From IMG/VR virus record IMGVR_UViG_3300025150_000005: a stretch of 64,000 bases of DNA; one strand, written 5' to 3'. Of the stretch, positions 60,788-64,000 are shown one piece after another. Position 1 is the stretch's first letter. Every line of letters starts with the position of its first letter. The position numbers and the translations under genes are program-made. A model generated the notes under the pieces. It was not told the DNA's origin. It searched no databases and worked only from the letters and a program-made list of their open reading frames with translations. Source of the DNA: an uncultured virus (IMG/VR IMGVR_UViG_3300025150_000005). Taxonomy: Duplodnaviria > Heunggongvirae > Uroviricota > Caudoviricetes.

Positions 60788-60879
60788 TCACGTACCACCC
60801 GAGCGCAGGACACAGGGGCGCGCAGCGCGTCCCTGTGTCTGACGGTCGGGTGGTGCAGCTGACGACGGAGGAGTTGAGG

Positions 60880-61335
60880 ATGGCATCGCCCAAGGAGTTT
60901 GCCGCGACGTTGCGCGTCGTGCGCGAGATCACAGACATGGAGCGGCGCGACGACACGGGGTCTGGGGTGTACACCCAGCTCCTTCAGCAGCTGCGCGGGG
61001 ACCTGCTCGTCCACGGTGCAGGGTACAAGCTCCCCCGTGGCGGACACGCGTCGACCTTTGGAGACGCGCTCGTGGCGTGGCAGGCGGAGGCCCGCAAGAT
61101 CGATGTGGACGACCCCGACGTCTGGTGGCGTCGAGTCCACAAGGCGCAGGCCCTCGACGAGCGCATCGCGCGGGGTGACGCTGCGACCCCGGACTTCGAC
61201 GCCGCCGTCGAGTCGCTCGCCAGTGACATTCGGACCGAGACGGGGCTCTACGCGCTGCCCGACGAGAACCTCACCGCGGACCGCGAACGCGCTCTGCAGC
61301 AGTGGCGGTACTACTCGCGCACGCCTCGCGACTGA
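60880..61335 (+). CDS. hypothetical protein
   Basis: GGAGG SD; fills the cassette. Confidence 0.6.
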   Translation: MASPKEFAATLRVVREITDMERRDDTGSGVYTQLLQQLRGDLLVHGAGYKLPRGGHASTFGDALVAWQAEARKIDVDDPDVWWRRVHKAQALDERIARGDAATPDFDAAVESLASDIRTETGLYALPDENLTADRERALQQWRYYSRTPRD

Positions 61336-61424
61336 GCAGCCACAGGGGGTGGGGACGCGTGCGGCGCGCGCCCCCACCCCTGATGGTCGCACGGTGCGGC
61401 TGGAACGGATCAAGGAGGCGACGC

Positions 61425-61796
61425 ATGAATGCGTGCAAGGTGCAGTGGATCGGGGTGGACGGCAGCCCCTGTGAGGCGTGGGTGGCCAAGCCCCGCAGTG
61501 AGGCCGGCTTCGTGTTGCCCATGATGGGCGCCTACCCGACCTACAAGGCCGCGATGCACGCGGCGTGGCAGGTCGAGGAGGGACACACTCCCGAGATCAA
61601 GGTGTTCGATCAGGACACCATCTTCGAGTGGGAGGGCACCTTCATGGAGTTCGCGCTCGCCAACGCGAGCACGCCTGACGTCGTCGAGCGGGTGCGTCGC
61701 GCCCAGCTGGGGTCGGTCGAGGTGTTCGGGGGCGGTGGAGCGAGCGTCTGCAAGGTGCTCAAGCTCGGTGGTCCCGTGCCGGGCGGTGCATCGTGA
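61425..61796 (+). CDS. hypothetical protein
   Basis: AAGGAGG SD. Confidence 0.6.
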   Translation: MNACKVQWIGVDGSPCEAWVAKPRSEAGFVLPMMGAYPTYKAAMHAAWQVEEGHTPEIKVFDQDTIFEWEGTFMEFALANASTPDVVERVRRAQLGSVEVFGGGGASVCKVLKLGGPVPGGAS

Positions 61797-62077
61797 GTGA
61801 CAAGGCGCTCTTCCCGCTGGGCCAGACCGTGATGACGGCTGGCTTCGAGGATCTGTTCGGTGAGTATGCACGAGAGGTCGCGACGATCGCGCTGACACGG
61901 CACGTCCACGGTGATTGGGGCGACCTCGACAACCACGACCGCGCGGTCAACGCACGGGCGCTCCGGGATGGCGGACGCCTGATGAGCGTCTACAAGTTCG
62001 ACGACGGCCTCACGCACTGGGTGATCACGGAGGCGGATCGATCCGTGACGACGGTGCTGCTACCGCATGACTACTGA
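61793..62077 (+). CDS. conserved plasmid/phage small protein
   Basis: F.LG..V.T.G...RH..GDWGDL...D...N..AL..G.RL.S.Y...WVITEADRSVTTVLLP.DY, a pattern I recognise from mobile elements. Confidence 0.8.
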   Translation: MSDKALFPLGQTVMTAGFEDLFGEYAREVATIALTRHVHGDWGDLDNHDRAVNARALRDGGRLMSVYKFDDGLTHWVITEADRSVTTVLLPHDY

Positions 62078-62174
62078 ACCCCGTGAGCACAAGGGAGGGG
62101 TGCGCCCTGCGCGCACCCCTCCCTGATGGTCACGTGGTGTGACCGATCGACCTTCACAGAAGGAAGGCTTCACG

Positions 62175-62552
62175 ATGATGCAGATGAATCGAATCGAGCG
62201 GGCCGTGCGAGAGCACGTCCAGGGGGGCTGGGACGATCGGGCGAAAGCCCTGATTCGTCGGGCAACTCACGACCTCTACGCCGGGCCATCGGTCTTGGGC
62301 TCCGAGGGCGGGGAGGGGATCGAGTGGCCTGGCTTCGCCGAGGCCATGGTCGAGCTTGGCGCCCTTGACCTTCCGGGGACGCTCTGGTGGGACACCACCG
62401 CAGAGATGCTCCTGGAGTGTGGGCCTCAGGGCTACACCGACGAGGATACGGGCGAGTACGTGGAGCCGTTCTACGAGGATTACGTGGAGCTGGATCTCCG
62501 CGAGATCCGTCGCATGGTCTTCGGGCGCGAACTCGCGCCCTACGTGCGCTGA
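62175..62552 (+). CDS. hypothetical protein
   Basis: AAGGA SD after the repeat. Confidence 0.6.
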   Translation: MMQMNRIERAVREHVQGGWDDRAKALIRRATHDLYAGPSVLGSEGGEGIEWPGFAEAMVELGALDLPGTLWWDTTAEMLLECGPQGYTDEDTGEYVEPFYEDYVELDLREIRRMVFGRELAPYVR

Positions 62553-62977
62553 TGGACACGCAGACGGACACCCCGCGCGAGGTCCCGAGCTACCCCGGCC
62601 TCCCCGTCGTCAAGGCCCTGGTGAAGAAGATGGGGCGGCTCCGATTGCGCGACGCTGTCGCCCGTGTCTGCGTGTCGGACTTCGGGATCGTGCGCTGTGA
62701 CAACAAGCCGCAACTGACCCTGAGCTTCGTCAACTCGCGCGGTAAGCGTGTGGACTGGTCCGTGAGCCTGGACCGGACGCCTGCGACGGAGGTCTACGAC
62801 CAGCTGCGTCAACTGGAGGGTCAGCTGATCTTCCTGCTCGCGAGTGGGCGGCTGTACACCGTGCTGACCTACAGCGCGATGAACCGCGGTGAGTCCGTGC
62901 GGCGTCGTGTCACGGGGACATCGCGGACGCGGTTCCGGGGGCAGTTCGTGATCGACGTCGAAGCCTTCCCCGAGTAG
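62552..62977 (+). CDS. hypothetical protein
   Basis: TGATG coupling; stop codon supplied by the repeat. Confidence 0.55.
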   Translation: MDTQTDTPREVPSYPGLPVVKALVKKMGRLRLRDAVARVCVSDFGIVRCDNKPQLTLSFVNSRGKRVDWSVSLDRTPATEVYDQLRQLEGQLIFLLASGRLYTVLTYSAMNRGESVRRRVTGTSRTRFRGQFVIDVEAFPE

Positions 62978-63056
62978 CCACAGGGGAGGGGGTCGCCTTC
63001 GGCGACCCCCTCCCTGATGGTCACGCGGTGTGATCAACAGGGACCTGGAGGAAGCG

Positions 63057-63257
63057 ATGTCCGAACGGACGCATACGTGCGTGGACGGCAAGCAGTCTGT
63101 CGCCCCGACCTACTGGCTCTACGACGGGCGAGGCATCCCGCCCTGTCGGGCGTGCCCGCAGTGTGAGGCCGAGAAGTACGGGCGCTATCGCCCCGACATT
63201 GTCGAGCGGGCCTACAGCGCGGCGGATGTCGACGAACCGATCGAGGAGGACGAGTGA
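63057..63257 (+). CDS. small hypothetical protein
   Basis: GGAGG SD; YDGRGIP.C..C..C...YRPD. Confidence 0.6.
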   Translation: MSERTHTCVDGKQSVAPTYWLYDGRGIPPCRACPQCEAEKYGRYRPDIVERAYSAADVDEPIEEDE

Positions 63258-63641
63258 TGGCGATCAAGCGTGGGTTACGGCCCCCGGCCATGTACGCCGT
63301 CGTCGCGACAACACTGCGGGGAGTCAGGGCAGCTGATCCCGAGACTGCTGAAGACGAGGCTGTGCGGTATCACGTCAAGCCGGGCGCATCACGTCAAGCC
63401 GGGCGCGCGTGCCATCATCGCGAAGTGTGTCGACCGCGCCGAGGCTGATCGGTGGCTCGCCGAGTTCAAGGCGGAGATTGAGGCCGACATCGCTGACGCT
63501 GAAGTTGATATGGCCAGCAAGGGTGCCCGGTTCGACTGGGACCGGGGCGGGATCGACATGGGCGATGGCGTTTTCATCCCGACGCTCCGCGTGGCGATCG
63601 TGCCCATCACGGATCTCGAAGACGACGCTGATCCCGAGTAG
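63257..63641 (+). pseudogene. gene frameshifted by a 19-bp tandem duplication
   Basis: ATCACGTCAAGCCGGGCGC x2 at 63369-63406; removing one copy joins ORF 63254.. to ORF ..63641. Confidence 0.75.
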
Positions 63642-63726
63642 CCACAGCGACAGGGGTGCGCATCGCGCCCCTGTCGTGATGGTCACGCGGTGTGACCGGA
63701 TCGACAACCCCGGACGGGAGAACGCA

Positions 63727-64000
63727 ATGAATCCTCGACAGAGTGTGCACGAAGACATGCGGCGGGATGCGGAGGAGGCATACCGCGATCACCAGATCGC
63801 GGGGGCCGGTGACCAGCACTGGTTCATCCGACGCACCCGAGACAGCGCCTACTGGGGGGAGATCGCGGTCCTGCGCGGGGCCCACATCGTGATCGTGGGT
63901 GACGGTCCGAAACTGATCGTGCGTGGCGGCGAGGACTTCGCGCATGACCCGATGGCGCACCTCCAGTGGTTCGCCGAGGGCGGTGCAGAGTACATCGCGG
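63727..64000 (+). CDS. hypothetical protein, truncated by the window edge
   Basis: GGGAG SD after the repeat; frame is open to the end. Confidence 0.6.
   Translation, partial: MNPRQSVHEDMRRDAEEAYRDHQIAGAGDQHWFIRRTRDSAYWGEIAVLRGAHIVIVGDGPKLIVRGGEDFAHDPMAHLQWFAEGGAEYIA

Larger units (their letters stand above)
48410..63697 (+). repeat. array of 19 structured intergenic elements delimiting gene cassettes
   Basis: Approximate copies: 48410-48474, 48846-48914, 49704-49769, 50152-50217, 52650-52717, 53370-53445, 54023-54090, 55239-55305, 55749-55822, 56783-56857, 57451-57524, 58188-58250, 58889-58958, 60286-60347, 60785-60860, 61336-61401, 62078-62144, 62974-63035, 63638-63697. Consensus: leader(..GAGCRCA or ..AGCCACA)-hairpin-GAY-GGTCRYR-YGG-TRYGRYY. 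Confidence 0.95.

Noticed and set aside
52650..63035. Hammerhead ribozyme (CTGAYGG resembles CUGANGA)
   Set aside because: The core's final A and the GAAA strand are missing, and many copies lack CTGA.
48410..63697. CRISPR array
   Set aside because: The spacers are whole genes (0.4-1.5 kb), the repeats vary internally and no cas genes are present.
48410..63697. Classical integron attC array
   Set aside because: No RYYYAAC/GTTRRRY ends and no intI in the window. Wobble bias favours the top strand, whereas attC recombines as the bottom strand.
48410..63697. Ordinary intrinsic terminators
   Set aside because: No U-tracts, and the conserved leader, GAY linker and second hairpin are not explained. 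A termination role cannot be fully excluded in a GC-rich host.
1..64000. Tailed-phage head/tail module, tRNA/rRNA genes, genome-wide amber recoding
   Set aside because: No terminase, portal, tail or RNA-gene signatures recognised; many intact genes end in TAG.

Overview
This is a GC-rich (roughly two-thirds G+C by eye), gene-dense segment of a large prokaryotic virus or virus-like mobile element. It has no rRNA, tRNA or housekeeping operons, and I recognise no terminase, portal or tail genes. Modules from left to right: (1) 0.1-4 kb, DNA metabolism (Dam-type methylase, DnaQ-like exonuclease, DUF4326-like); (2) 7.4-15 kb, a glycan synthesis/modification cluster (gmd, GT2/GT4, pyruvyl-, sulfo- and methyl-transferases) with an FGE-sulfatase-fold lipoprotein; (3) 15-33.6 kb, a minus-strand putative virion module with three small beta-rich capsid-like proteins, a basic repeat-containing protein, several C-terminally membrane-anchored proteins and a transglutaminase-like Cys protease, suggesting a tailless membrane-containing virus; (4) 33.7-39.5 kb, ParB-like, helicase-like and NUDIX genes; (5) 39.5-47.9 kb, lysis and membrane genes; (6) about 47.9-48.3 kb, a non-coding GATC/GGATCC-dense tract; (7) 48.4-64 kb, a co-oriented array of 1-2-gene cassettes. 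The most striking signal is in (7): nearly every cassette is preceded by one of 19 copies (plus 2 variants) of a ~65-75 nt element made of a conserved leader, a sequence-variable 12-15 bp hairpin, GAY and a 7 bp hairpin with a YGG loop. The copies show compensatory and G-U substitutions favouring folding of the + strand, and the array encodes its own RNase III. All calls are by eye; no database searches were run.
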